Shown: positions 12,004 through 24,728, counted from the first letter of the stretch. The stretch: DNA of 64,000 bases from Basidiobolus meristosporus CBS 931.73 (GCA_002104905.1 MCFE01000047.1:1-64000); one strand, 5' to 3'. Numbers and translations are program-made. The notes: generated by a model from the letters alone, not told the origin.

Positions 12004-13284
12004 TTACTTCTGGTCACCCTTGACCTGATCTATGAGCGAAATGATGGCGTCTTTTGTGCCCAGAACGCATGCAATGGCGGAGACGATAACGATCACAGCG
12101 CACCAGAGTAGTTCGATTTTGCCCATGGAGCGGAATCCATATAGCTTCAGGTAGAGGACGATGGGAGCAATGAAGATAATGATAGAGTAGGCGAGGGCAC
12201 CGATCAGCGACATCAGACTATTGACGTATGGAAGGAACATGGCAATCAACGCCAATACCACGATAACAGCAGAGCGCAGGATGGCACGCAAGATGAATTC
12301 TTTGGAGGCTGAGTGGTATCTACGGTCAATCCTCAACATACCCTCCACCTCGTATGCGAAGCCCGTAAGATACAGAGGTGCAGCAAAGATGACGTGGAGT
12401 GTGATCATGATAATAGCAACGTAAGTCGGTGGAGTCTGTGGCAAGCTGGTATAGATAGGGGATTGAACCGTATCACCGTAGACATAATACCCGCATACTG
12501 AGATCAAGACATACATGCCACAGATGGTTGCCATCGCCATGGATAAAACCTTGGGCCATGATTTTGGGTGGGCCATTCCGGATTCAACATGAGGGTAGAT
12601 AACGTTACCACCAAAAGAGAAGCAAATGGAGGCAAGGGCTAGAGGAATGCTGGAGCTATTGAAAAAACTATGTGTAACGGTAACACCCACTCGCTCATGC
12701 ATATCTATAAAGCCCACGACCACAGACACAATGACAACTACCAATGTAGCTAAAGCACCAAAAGCGGACATTAAAGCAATCTCCTTGATTGACTTCAAAG
12801 AAACGAATGGAATCCAGATGATAGCAGCAGATATGATCACCCACATCTTTAGCCCGATGTCAACACCAAGCTTCAAAACAAGACTTTCGATGTTCATAGC
12901 GGCCAGCAGGATGTAAACACAACCAGTACCAAGCAAGATCGAATAATTGAAGGTTCTGATGAAGTATTTTCCAAACTTTCCAAACGCTGCTTCGGCGATG
13001 GCAGGATAATCGGCTAACCGCGAAACCTTATCGTAATAAAGACTCTTGATCAAGAGGTTACCAGCATAAATGGCGGCAATCGTGAAGAACACGATCAGGA
13101 TAACTGCAAACCAACCACCCTGGTGCAGGGCGAGAGGGAGTTGTAAAGTACCACTACCGGCAATAACACACACGATGTTGGCAAAGGCTCCGAAGGAAGA
13201 TCCGGTCCGGGCATGGCCGGGCACATCCTCGTACTCCAGCTGATGGACGTCTCTGACCTCTTCTTTATCCGTATAGTTCGACAT
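12004..13284 (-). CDS. amino-acid/auxin permease (Aa_trans, AVT1-like) transporter
   Basis: Intronless with about 11 TM segments; GSSFGAFANIVCVIAGSGTLQLPLAL, FSFGGNVIYP and SLMSLIGA motifs. Confidence 0.92.
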   Translation of the reverse strand: MSNYTDKEEVRDVHQLEYEDVPGHARTGSSFGAFANIVCVIAGSGTLQLPLALHQGGWFAVILIVFFTIAAIYAGNLLIKSLYYDKVSRLADYPAIAEAAFGKFGKYFIRTFNYSILLGTGCVYILLAAMNIESLVLKLGVDIGLKMWVIISAAIIWIPFVSLKSIKEIALMSAFGALATLVVVIVSVVVGFIDMHERVGVTVTHSFFNSSSIPLALASICFSFGGNVIYPHVESGMAHPKSWPKVLSMAMATICGMYVLISVCGYYVYGDTVQSPIYTSLPQTPPTYVAIIMITLHVIFAAPLYLTGFAYEVEGMLRIDRRYHSASKEFILRAILRSAVIVVLALIAMFLPYVNSLMSLIGALAYSIIIFIAPIVLYLKLYGFRSMGKIELLWCAVIVIVSAIACVLGTKDAIISLIDQVKGDQK

Positions 13285-14462
13285 GTATGGAGTAACAAGC
13301 AATTATTAGGTTTTTTAGTATTAAAGAATCAAGAGGCCAGAATATGGGAAAGCAGAGGAGGTCAATCAGCTTAAATATTCGTTTTCAACGGCCGGGACCT
13401 ATGTTACACAATTAACCCAGGAGTCATGAGACACTCAATTGAGCGCAGTAATACGAACAGTACGGATTGAGAAATACCATCAAATTGTAACGTTGCTCAT
13501 GATATCACCTGAACTTACAGATAAATTAGAAACATGTAGTTGTTGATATGGCCCGACATAATGAGGAAGGGGGCGGCAATGGTGTAGGTCAACGCAAAAA
13601 AAGTGGATGGAGCTGAATTCAGAAAACGCGCATAATCATCATGGCTAATGAATATTAAACTGAGCCCTCTCGAGGCTAATCTATATACGTAGATGAATAC
13701 CCCATATATAATGACCATATAAGCTCGTTCAGCATTTCGTCACAAATAAGTGATTTTCTAGATTATTTACCGGATTTGGTAGAAACAGTAGGTTTAGAAT
13801 TAGAGATATGCATCAGAGTAGAAAGCATCTACATCTACATGCATCAGTAACAGATACACGGGAACCAACCAGTAGACTCTTTATCTCTAAGACCAACCAG
13901 ACTTGTTACTAAATCCGTCAAGATTGATTCATGGCCCTGGCCCAAGTTGGAAATCCACTGAATGCCTCACCCAAACCCAATCTACCAATCCTCTCCGACA
14001 TTTACGAAGAAATGATCAGATGACCTGATGAGCAAAAGCGATATCACTTGTTTTCCCAGGCTACAGTAATCCCGAGGTGGATATTTCATCACTAAATGCT
14101 TGGATCAGTTCCGTTTTGTTTGCAATCTGACTAGTGAGATGATGACTTGAACTGATCGAAGATATGTCATTTCAACCAAAATGTGGGGGATGGGAAAATG
14201 TGTCAAACTGGTTTTGATCGGGTCAGCTGCAAACGTCGTGGGAAATCTGACCAGTACTCGACCCTGGGAAAAATCTGGTTGGTGCTGAAGATCCTTACAA
14301 GTGGATAGATCAGTATTGCGCGGTAAGAATCATTTCGATCATACCCTAGTGATGATTAACCTAGTCCTAGCCCTAATCGATCTTGATCAAGTATATGCTG
14401 ATGATACTCTAGAATCTGAATGTTTATTATTGTAGTGTAGTAGAAGAGAAGGTAGAGCAGGT

Positions 14463-15399
14463 TTAGTTCTTAGCGGCGGAGGCGTGTTGAGAGCTGAGTC
14501 TTCTCTTCTTGATTTCCTCCTTTCTCTCACGTTGTTCCTTGACACGTTGGGCAAGAAGCTTGGCATACTCGGCAGCAGCCTCCTTGGAGGCTTGGGAGTT
14601 CTTGCGCTTGAGGGCGATTCTGTGACGCTTGCGTTGAAGAGTAAGAGGAGTCACGAGACGTTGGATCTTGGGTGCCTTAGTGTATGGCTTCTTCTCGGCG
14701 TTCTTGGGTTGGACCTCACGACGAATGACAAACTTACGAACATCATCTTCCTTGGTCAAATTGAACATTTTTCTAAGTTTGGAAGCTCTCTTGGGACCCA
14801 AACGCTTAGGCACAGTAGAGTCGGTCAATCCTGGGAGATCTTGTTCTCCTTGCTTGACAATAACCAAGGAAAGGACAGACAGATCAGATCCAACGATACA
14901 ACCACGAACACTCTTTCTCTTACGCTCGCCAGTGCGGCGAGGGCGGTAGCAAGAGTGACCCTTGGATAGAAGAAGACGAACACGGTGTGGGAGGAGGATG
15001 CCTTGCTTCATGGGGAATCCCTGTTTGTCGTTACCACCAGTAATGCGGAAGACATAGCCCTTGAATTCGTCACCGAGAGAATCTCCTGGGACTTCACTAG
15101 ACATACGTTTATCGTAGAAAGCACGACTACAGCAATCTCGTTGAGTGAGTCTGACTTGGGGAATGGAAGCTAGTGTCATACGTACACTTTACGTTCGTCA
15201 TCGATTTCAATGGTCTTTTGACAGCCAGTAGCTGGGTTGGCGATATTCAACTAAAATATTGGTAGAATGTCAGCGAAACGATTTCCCTCTGATTCATAAA
15301 GTTCATCAATGGATGGATAAATATTCTTTTTGGATTCACTAACACATGTTGGATCCTAACGACAACCTATTCCATTCCACTGATAGTAATTACCTTCAT
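14463..15399 (-). CDS. RPS6: 40S ribosomal protein S6 (eS6), 2 introns
   Basis: MK|[22 protein letters not shown]|[27 protein letters not shown]; strongly biased codons. Confidence 0.98.
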
Positions 15400-15705
15400 G
15401 TTGGATGGAAATCGTGCCCGTTAAACCTTTGTGAAAGAGGAAGTCGACAACCATCACGCCACCATATTTATTTATCAAACTCTTCATTATAATTCTCGTA
15501 GATTCCTGTCTCCAAAATTGATTTGTTGAAAACGAGGTTAAATCGCCTGCACGTTTGTTTACTTGTCTTGGAATTTGATAAATAAGCAGTCTAACATTGA
15601 ATGGATGCTATAATTTAAATTTATTAAAATATTTCTTCATATCCTTTAACCGTTATCATCGCCAATCCTAAACAGCGTTAATTCTTGCCATATTGTTCAA
15701 AGGGT

Positions 15706-18700
15706 ATGGCAAGTCATACGCCCAAATCCTCTAACGGTTCCCACTATTCCCCACGGGTTGCTCCACCGCAGCCAAAACCACTTCCCGGCATTAGCCTCTC
15801 CACTCGCAATCTGGTGCCCTTGCAGCCTCAACCTCGGCCGCATCCACTCTTCCATGCTGTACAATCGAGTGAAGATTCGGTAGCACTGAGCAATCCTCAA
15901 CAAGTTGTTGAGGCCGGTTCAACTTCAACCTCTTCCCCTTCCAACTTGAGTAAGACCCCTGTTCAACAAGCCCCTCTTGGTGCTCAGAATGAAACTCCCG
16001 AACGAACGCCTATACGTTTAATTCGTCAAGTTGCCAACAATCTAAATTTAATCAATGGTGAAATGAAGTCGAGAATGCCCGATAAAATCGTTATTGCGTC
16101 TCCACAAACCCCTGGCACGGAAAACGACTCAAGTTGGAACACTTCGCAGAATAGCTATATAAACTCTTCGAGCTTATCAACTGATGTGAGTCCTTTGAAG
16201 ATGTAAGTGCAAATCCACTTCCAAACCATTCCTTTCCTGTGTTAACCATTCGTGAAAGCCACCAAACCCCAAAGAGTGGGATAGTGTATAGTTTTTCACC
16301 CGAAAGTTTGTTGAATCGGACCTTGTACATTGGCACTACAGCTTTATCTACCGCCGTACAATATTTCTCCAAGATTTCTTATGATTCCGGTTCATAATTG
16401 GCCAAGGGGAAGAGGAGGATTCCGAAATATCGGTCTTTTTGGATAGATTTGACCCAGGAAGAAGACAAGACGACGCAAAGAGCAAGGTTCCAACTACTCT
16501 GCTCAACGAAGACCTATTGTATGAGGTTAGTGGACTGATTCTGTCTATGGTTGCGTGATAGAGGCTAAATAAGCCGGCGTGTATCAGATTGTCAATGTGT
16601 CGAACCAAGAGTCAACAAGTGACCCAACAATAGCACAGTTTAGTAAGGCTTTAGAGGTAATTCTTTCACGTTAATGGAGAGTGTTTACAACGTCAATGAA
16701 CTAACAATTTGATAAGGGGTTGGACAAGCAACTCGCTAGTTTAACAACTCAGCCTTCATCTTTGGCCTCAATTTTTTTCACTTGTGACCAGAAGGATGTC
16801 AAATGTAAGCACTTAAATCCTTCTGTTTACAGTACCAGTTAATAACCTTTTTCAAGGCAATGTAGTTGTTCCAAATGTACATTTCCGTCTTCGGTATATT
16901 AAGCCACTCAAAGTTGCCGAAGGGGATGTGTTGAATTCCCTGAAATTGAATCGCTGCCAAGATGGGAATATTGGGTAACTTTCCTTTCCAGAGCCTCTTG
17001 AAGGAGTTCCTTCTAATTCAATTCTCTCTAATAGATATATTGTTCTTGATAACTCCGGTTCGTTGAACGTGGTGTCTGAAGAAACGGTGCGAAGAAAGCA
17101 AAATAGGATAGTTGGATTGTATGTAAATGCATTTTACATTTGGAAAGGAACATTTTATTGACATTTTCAATGATTATCAGATGGGCATACAACGTGGAGG
17201 TTTCCAACAGTGGCCTGGTGGACAAGATTATTCAGTATATAGCGTGGAGATGGAAGCGAAATGGGAACAATTCCGACAGAAGGCCAATGATACTATTGTT
17301 CTTCTCATTCAATACCAATACCGGGTCTCTAGAACAGCTTTTCCTGGAGTGTTTACCCAAGGTTTGAGTTACACTATGTTGCCCTCCGGCTGGACTTCGA
17401 TTTACCTCTGTATCTTACAGATGCAACACCCAAAATATTTGGCTTACAGTTGTTGTAAGAGAATTCTTGAAAACGACCTAGAGCCAATAAGGTTCGATTC
17501 TTGGGAGTTCGTCCTCGATATATGTCCGGCCTTTCAAAAGACCATGGAGAATCGATTTGGAGTTCAAGTTTCAACAATCATTAGTCAACCCGAGTTTAGC
17601 CTCCTGGAAAGTCCAAAAACACCATTAGGGGAGAACAACGTCGACACATATCCTTTGGCCATCAATGGCGATCAATCGAATGCTACTATTTGCGATCTTT
17701 CACCTTCGCAGCAACGTACCCCACCTGTAAATAAGATTAACCAAGGCTACCAGTATGCCGGACACACCCCTCACCCGAAATCTACTCAAAGTCGCCAAAT
17801 CAACGACAGCATTTTGTTACGGGATTCCAGAGCTCCTCGCGTTACCTTCGCTTCTCAAGAAGAGGTGATATCGAATGGGGAGGTCTTCGAAGACTCTAGT
17901 ATCACCATAGAAGATCGCTTTCATAGTAAGTTTGCCCAGTTGTTCAAGTATTAATACGAAGATGACTCTAATTCTTCCTCGGAATTAGCGCCCACATACC
18001 CGTTAAAAAGTGGGGCAATTCAACCCAGTCGTGGTGGTAAGATGAGACTACCCTGGCTACTTGGCATCTATAGGTGATATTGACACCTTTTTCACTATTA
18101 GTTCCAACAAGAGAATCTCCTGAAACTTGTTGCTGCGGCTCGCATTTACCATCGACAAGCGCCCATCCAGCAACCTACGATTCGGATCATGTGGACCTTA
18201 CGAGATACCATCACCGCCTCGCTACATACCAGGCTCCAAAAACGGGGAGAGAGCCAAGGCCGATTCTTTCACACTCTTCAGTCTGCTCTTTGCACAAGCC
18301 TATCTCATCTTGTGATCTCAGCGATGGTCCTGTTGAGAGATTCACCAATAGTCTTCCAGATAGAGTGCCGTATGAATCGCCTAACCGGTCCGTGGATAAT
18401 AAGGAGCCGTATATATGTTACTCTTGCCATCAGAAAAAGCTCAATGTTCGATATATCTGTATGAACTGCAACGGTGATCAGCCAAGTGTACTCCCTACCA
18501 AACCATTACGTAACGGCACCCAGATAAAAGATAAACACTGTTGGAAGCGCAGTTGTGTGGATATGACCATCGAAGCTCCCGACGCCACACACATCGATGC
18601 ATCTACGCCAAATCAAGCCGAGAATATCTACGGAAGTGAACACAATTCGATTGAAGAAGTACGTGAGGAAGCTGTTCAGTACTGCTCCACTCCAGATCGA

Positions 18701-19887
18701 GAAGTCGGGGAAAGAGCAGACTTGGACCGATATAACTTCCACGATGACTACAGACTAGTTAAAGATCTACTATCTGCGGCGTATTGCGAGGTAGAGCGTA
18801 GGGAATCCAACAGCAGTGCCATGGAGCTAGTGAATCATAACAAGAACCCTGAGGTAGAATCGAAAAATCGGGAATCGAGATTGGACTTTTTACAACAACA
18901 AATCGATCTGCTCAAAGTGCAGCTTGCCAGCAATAGGGATAGGCCAGCTACCCTGGACTCGAACCAAATCACGACTACCCTTTACCAGCATGCCTCTACA
19001 AACACTACTGCTTTGGGTCATGGATCAATTACTGAATTAGTGCGTCGGGATGTTGGAGTGAACACCACGATACAAGAGGTAGCCCCTTGTTCCTCCCAAC
19101 ACAAGCCAACCAACCCCACCAAAAAACATCATGAGAGTGCGCAAGGTAGAAAAACGAATTCACGAGAGCGAACTCGAGAGCAACGTTTACAAATTGCCAA
19201 ACTACTTCGCAGAGTAAATGAAATCCTAGCTGAAGGTGGCGAAAGTACCATGGTCGATGATGGACCAAGCCTGAACGAGGAGAGCGAAGATATATATGTG
19301 GCTGAGGTTGCCTCCTCTGAGGATGTGGGTGATCAAGGGATAATGGACAAGATTGCTAGCATGATCTCGGATCCTGAGGAAAGTTTTTCTCTTTGCAAAG
19401 CTGATCAATCTACTCAGGCCGACATACCACAACCATCTTCCGAAACTTTCCGTGCAGTTAGATCTCAGTCTGTACGAGCGAGGGAGACTGTCACCACCAA
19501 TTCCGCGAATCAAAAGACCACCACCATTGTGAGAGACATAGAAACACAAACCAGCCAGATACTAGAGAGGTCCGGGTTCCTTCCTCGAAAAGATCTGAGG
19601 CCGTCATCAAAAAAAGTCCACTTGCATGGCAGGAAATCACGTACTGTCATGAAAAATGCTCCAGCAAATCTCGATTCAAGGGTATTCGTTGAGGAGGTGG
19701 ACGATACTACCGAGAGTGGTATTATGAGATTCACCCGAAATCCCACACAAGGCCGTAGCTTGAGTGCTAATCCCTCTCGGACATCACATGTAAGTTTTCG
19801 TCAATGGGTCACTGCCAATTCCTACTAACTTGGGTTGATTTCTAGGATGCCGTAGATAAGCTGGTCAATCGATACCTTCAAGGATAG
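15706..19887 (+). CDS. STIL/Ana2/SAS-5-like protein (STIL_N domain, coiled coil, STAN-like C-terminus); multi-exon, apparent 1-bp frameshift near 16391
   Basis: Spliced translation gives FIIGQ..VFLDRFDPGR..VPTTLLNEDL, HFRLRYIKPLKV, GYIVLD..IVGLW..LFFS..FLECLP, then SRLDFLQQQIDLL and terminal DAVDKLVNRYL. These match, in order, remembered vertebrate STIL motifs. The exon junction at about 16520-16600 is unresolved. Confidence 0.72.
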
Positions 19888-20033
19888 CATTACGCGGCTG
19901 CATCACTCTGTGAATATATAGATCCTTGTACATACCCGTGTTTATTTTAGCAATAGTAATCTCTAGTAGGCTTTGGAACGGTGAAGTTATGCTCGTGATA
20001 GAGAAACTGTTGGCCATCATTACTGAAATACAT

Positions 20034-20996
20034 TCAATAATAATCTATATCCTCCTCTATCTCCTCGGCCTGTTCTTCTTTCTCCCCGAGATAATTCATA
20101 CATACGAAGAATCCCTCGGTGGATTCTTTCCTCGAAGATGCTGGTTTTTCATGATAAACTTTGCCAAATTTACTTTGCAGTAAGAGCTTGAAATCACGCT
20201 CAGTTCCACCCATAAGAAACTATATATCGAGCCCATAAGCCTTGTGTAGAATGTCTCAGTTCTAGAAACAAATCATACCTTACAGACAAACGTCCCGCCT
20301 TTTCGCAAGACGGTCTCTGCAAAGCCTAACGCGCTTTCACATAAGTTCTTGAAACAAGTGCAAAACGGTTAGTGTGGCATCCTAAATGGTGGCGAGGAAA
20401 CGTGTGTATCTTACCATGATTCGGGCATGGTCTACTGCGTGGTTTCCTTGAAGAAAATAGCGCTTAGTGTGATACGCTGTAGAAGAGGAGAGTACTCCTA
20501 CTTACCGGTAAACGAAGGAGCCATATCAGACAAAACGACGTTAACTTTGCGATTGTCCAAGATCTTTTTAATGGCATTTTGCGTCGAAATATGGGTGAAA
20601 TCCTTCTGCAGTATCTCCACACCAGGAATAGGATTGATTGGTAACAGGTCTATAGCAACAACGCATCCGTCTGTTGGCTTTCTTTCTTCCCCCGCTTTCA
20701 CCTTTCGAAACACTTTTCTAGACGCAACCTGGGACCAACCACCTGGGCTTGCTCCACAATCTATACAAATGTAACCTTTCTTCAAAAATCTATGCTTGTC
20801 ATTCAACTCAACCAGCTTGAAAGCACTACGAGCACGGTAATTATCTACTGTGGCTTTCTTGACAAACTGGTCGTTTCTTTGCCTTTGTGACCATTGCTTT
20901 GCGGAAGCGTAAAAGCGTATTGATACTCTAGTTGGGTTAGGTATGAGCCTACTGCTTACACCAAAAATTGCGGTCAAGGGTGAGCCTGGATAACAT
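20034..20996 (-). CDS. MRM2: mitochondrial rRNA 2'-O-methyltransferase, FtsJ/RrmJ family (MRM2-like)
   Basis: YRARSAFKLVEL, IDCGASPGGWSQV, VLSDMAPSFTG|NHVVDH, GGTFVCK and ASSRKESTE. N-terminus MLSRL.. needs removal of one G at 20978-20980. Confidence 0.88.
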
Positions 20997-21267
20997 TGAA
21001 CTGGTGAGGATAGAAATTTGGGATGGCGACATGCCTAACTACTAGCCTGTTTCGTGATTCCTATTTGCTGTGTTCCCTGAAAAGTTTGTTATCACTGATC
21101 AAGTCAATTCGACTTCAGAGCCCTCAAATCATGGCTAAATGGGTTTTGAACCAAGCCACAGATTAAGCAAACATCCATGAATGTCCACGTGTATAGCAAA
21201 TAGATCATAGGCATGGATGCTGGAAATGTGTGGTATTGAAAGACTATCTTCAACCTAAAGAGGCGAG

Positions 21268-22885
21268 ATGAAGAAAAGACAAGTGGTTACCTCGTTCATT
21301 GTATGTGACGTGGAGACATCTGACGGCAAGGAGGTCCTAAAGCCTGCTCGTTCCCGGTCAAGTCAAGGCCAAAGAATCCTGATACTCAAACGAAGTGAGA
21401 AAGTCCATACTTATCAGTAAATATCGAGTTTGTTCCCAAAGGGTTGACCCATCTTCCTTGTTGAATAAGGTTGTTGATTCTTTTGCTTTTGTAAGAAACC
21501 ATTGGGCTGGAGTTAGCGGGTCAATCGAGGAGCAGGACAAAAACCCTCTAGAGCGAGCACTAACGGAGATAAAGGAGGAGTTGGCACTGAATAGAGACTC
21601 GGTGGCTCTAATCCGCCCCGGAAAACCTCTGACCTTTCTAAGTAAAGAGCTGGAAACCGAATGGACGGTATTTCCATTTCTTTTCAGGCTGCTGGTTGAG
21701 CCCAACCAAATACAGTTGGATTTCGAGCATGTAGACAAGAAATGGATCAAGGTAGAGGAGCTGTCCACCTTTGAAACAGTACCAAATCTTCGGGAAGCAC
21801 TAGAAAGGGTTTATCTCCCCGAGTTCGTTCACAAAGGCTTGATCGACATGTCCAACGATCGAAATTCGGGTGCACAACAGTTGGCAGACAAGGCATTGGA
21901 GGTGGTTCGGCAGCTGGTAGTAAGTAAGGCTCTAAGAGGTGACAACATCAGCATCGAAGGCTACCTCGAGAAAATACGGATTATTGGTTGGCACCTGGTG
22001 AAGATCCGCCCCTCGATGCAAGCGGCAATCTCATCCACACTATCGGTTGTTTATAACACTATTAGCCAGGCGACAAAGGAAGGGGACATAAGTCTGGACA
22101 TATTTGAGAAGCAAGTCAGCGAGAGCATCACAACCTTCAGAAGAGAATCGCGAGAGTCCCTTCATAAACTGAACGTCCAATTCTTAGCCACCTTATTTTC
22201 TCCACTGTTCGCCGAGGCCAGCGATGACTCTAAAGCGCAACATTATTCTATCATGACTATAAGTTACAGTTCTACCGTCTTCGGGGTGTTCTGTATGCTT
22301 TGCCATCAGGTATTGATCGCGCCAATTGACCACAAACTGGATATCTACATTATGGAGTCTCGGCCATTAAACGAAGGTTCATTGGGACTGGCTGCCAAAT
22401 TGGATGACTTCTTGGCGCCTTCTGCCAACAATCCCAAAGCTAGTGCCCGCATCAGAATCCAGGTCATCACCGATGCCTCGTGTGCGTACTTCATGCCGAA
22501 GATGACCCACGTGTTACTTGGCGCCGACCATATCTCTGGAGTAGACGGTAGCGTAGTGAACAAGATAGGGAGTCTGAACCTTGCCTTGGCTGCGAAGCAT
22601 TTTGACAAGAAAGTCCACGTTGTGTCCCGGCTGGACAAGGTGTACGGGGTTGAGGAGGAGGAAGTGGAGGAGAACGAGCCGGTTGAGGTGTTTGTTTCTT
22701 ACGGGGGTGGCTTTGAGAAATGTCTAGCGCGCAAGCGAGTGGAAGTACGTAACATCTACTTTGACAAGGTCACCCCAGATCTTATTGATGGATATATTAC
22801 TGAGAATGGTCATCTCCTTCTGGAAGACATCCAATCTTTCTGGGGAGACAGACAAAAGCTTGTGACAGCTCTGTTAGATCTTTGA
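21268..22885 (+). CDS. Nudix hydrolase fused to an IF-2B/eIF2B-like (sugar-phosphate isomerase fold) domain; 1 intron
   Basis: Exon 1 MKKRQVVTSFIV..RILILKRSEKVHTYQ is spliced to NHWAGVSGSIEE..ALTEIKEEL (Nudix box-like). The C-terminal domain has TISYSSTV, ESRP..EG, LLGADHI, VVNKIGS and YFDKVTPDLIDGYITENG. Confidence 0.85.
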
Positions 22886-22959
22886 CTTTCTTGGTGAATT
22901 TATTCAATAAAGAAAACTCATTGACGAGGATTAGCTAAGGTTGAGTGGTTATTACGATA

Positions 22960-24484
22960 TTAATCAAATGGAAGCCGTTTGGCACTTTGTGATGCAGCAA
23001 TAGCGGATGGAACTCTCATGCCACAGCAGGTGGGTGCTTCCTGGCCATAGGCATAAACGTGGGCCACCTCGCAGCAATCGTCATCTTCGTCTGGTACATT
23101 TTGGCTGCCTTCGAATCGGAGTAAAGAGCCGAACATGAAATGCTGCATAATGGGAAGCTTTCCTAGGACTTCTGCTTTGTACATCTTAATCATGCCTGAA
23201 TTGACCTTGTCCCAAGTCTTCACTCCGCTGATGTCGTCCAGCATAGGGGAATGCCATCTAAGTGATGCAGTCTTGACCTGTGTCGATGTTAGCAAAGGGT
23301 TAGCACCGGTGCGATGGCGAGTGCTTAATTGATGCAAGTACATTGTTGACGAACTTGATGCAAGCCAGATACATGTAGTCTTTGGAGAATTCCTCCACAA
23401 TGTCTTGGTCGTGAATGGCCTTGGGGCGAATATGCTTGTGACCTTGGTATTGGTGTTGAGCGAAGAACTTGCAACGCTGGAAATCACGGGTATTTACCTC
23501 GTAGTTGTGCTGCTCCAAACAAAAAAGGCAAAAAGTGGTAGTCGTCAAGTCCCCATACACCGTGAGAGCCGGCAGGCTCCAGCCAGTAGGCGAATTGAAG
23601 CTTTCGCATCAGGTCGATGTATCTAGTACAATGGATACCACCGGTCAATTCACTCTGAATCGATGAAAAGCAACCCGTCTGCCTCTTACCCATAAAACAG
23701 CTTCAGTACCAAGGCAGCGTAATCCTCTTCGTGGATTAGATTCAGCTTCTTGATGCACAACCTGGAAATCAGAGCATGCTTTGTCAACGGCCAAGATCAA
23801 ATAGTCAAGAAGTAAGTAGGAAAAGCCTACATCCAAGCAATGAAGTTCGCCTCATGTCCGGTACCATAGTCGATGCGTCGGTGATTACCAAAGCTCTCAA
23901 CCAGATATTTACTGACCTCTGGGATTGCTTCCTCGGGTACAACATCCTTCAAGAGATCAGAGGCATTCTATATTCGGGTTAGTCCTGAAAGGTCATAAAT
24001 TGGAGTAGTTTTGTGTAGTTTTATCAACCTCGGCTACCCGGTCGTACCATGTTCTAAAGGCAGGATTGCCGAAACGGCTTTGTTCATTGTGCACCGGTTG
24101 GATTTCATCTACCCAGTCGGAAAGCCTCTTGATGATGTTCAATAGCTTCTCTACCACCTACGGGAGTTCGAGAATATACAATCAATGCTCCATAACTTTC
24201 CGATATAACTTGACCCAACGAGGGATAGTGGAGCGACAACAAACCGGGGAAATATGGCAATCTGTTCTTGTTGGCTTTCCAACCACTTGCTCGTTCAAGG
24301 CGATGATAAAACCCAAATACTCCTCATAGCAATCAGACTCTAAGAAGCGAGCCAAGTCTTCTGGGGTAAGAATCTGCCGAGTGGGAACTCGAAAAGTGGC
24401 TTCGTCGCCAGGCGCTGAGTCAATGGTTGGTTTCGAATGTTGGTGCTCATGTTCGTGAGCACAGCTTGGCGAACTAGGCATCAT
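22960..24484 (-). CDS. PP2A phosphatase activator PTPA (RRD1/RRD2 family), multi-exon
   Basis: [75 protein letters not shown]; the C-terminal CCxxxxPSAIAA..LPFD is RRD2-like. Confidence 0.93.
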
Positions 24485-24728
24485 GGAAGTGAAGTCAAAG
24501 CGATATCATCATCTGGTAAGCCTCTAAATCGAATACAAATGAATCTCATCGATTCGAAATTTTCCGAATTTGTTTTTCAAATACAATATGGGATTTATTT
24601 TTTCTTGGGTGTTGGACTGTCCTTTTCGCGCAGTCCAACTACAATCTCTTCATTAATGCTTACACGCAATTCATCTATAAGGGGAGGAGGGAGATCATAC
24701 ATCTAATCGCTCATAAGTCCAGCGATTC

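Noticed and set aside
14349-14419. C/D-box snoRNA-like pattern (GTGATGA...CTGA) with ctctagaat complementary to an 18S rRNA segment
   Set aside because: Only 9 nt of complementarity, no terminal stem, and it lies antisense to the RPS6 3' end. An Infernal or snoscan run would be needed.
14484-14969. 161-aa plus-strand ORF opposite RPS6 (likewise 33140-33736 and 33645-34058 opposite actin, and 46305-46967 opposite the PPR gene)
   Set aside because: Antisense shadow ORFs produced by strong codon bias or repeats in the real gene; no independent motifs.
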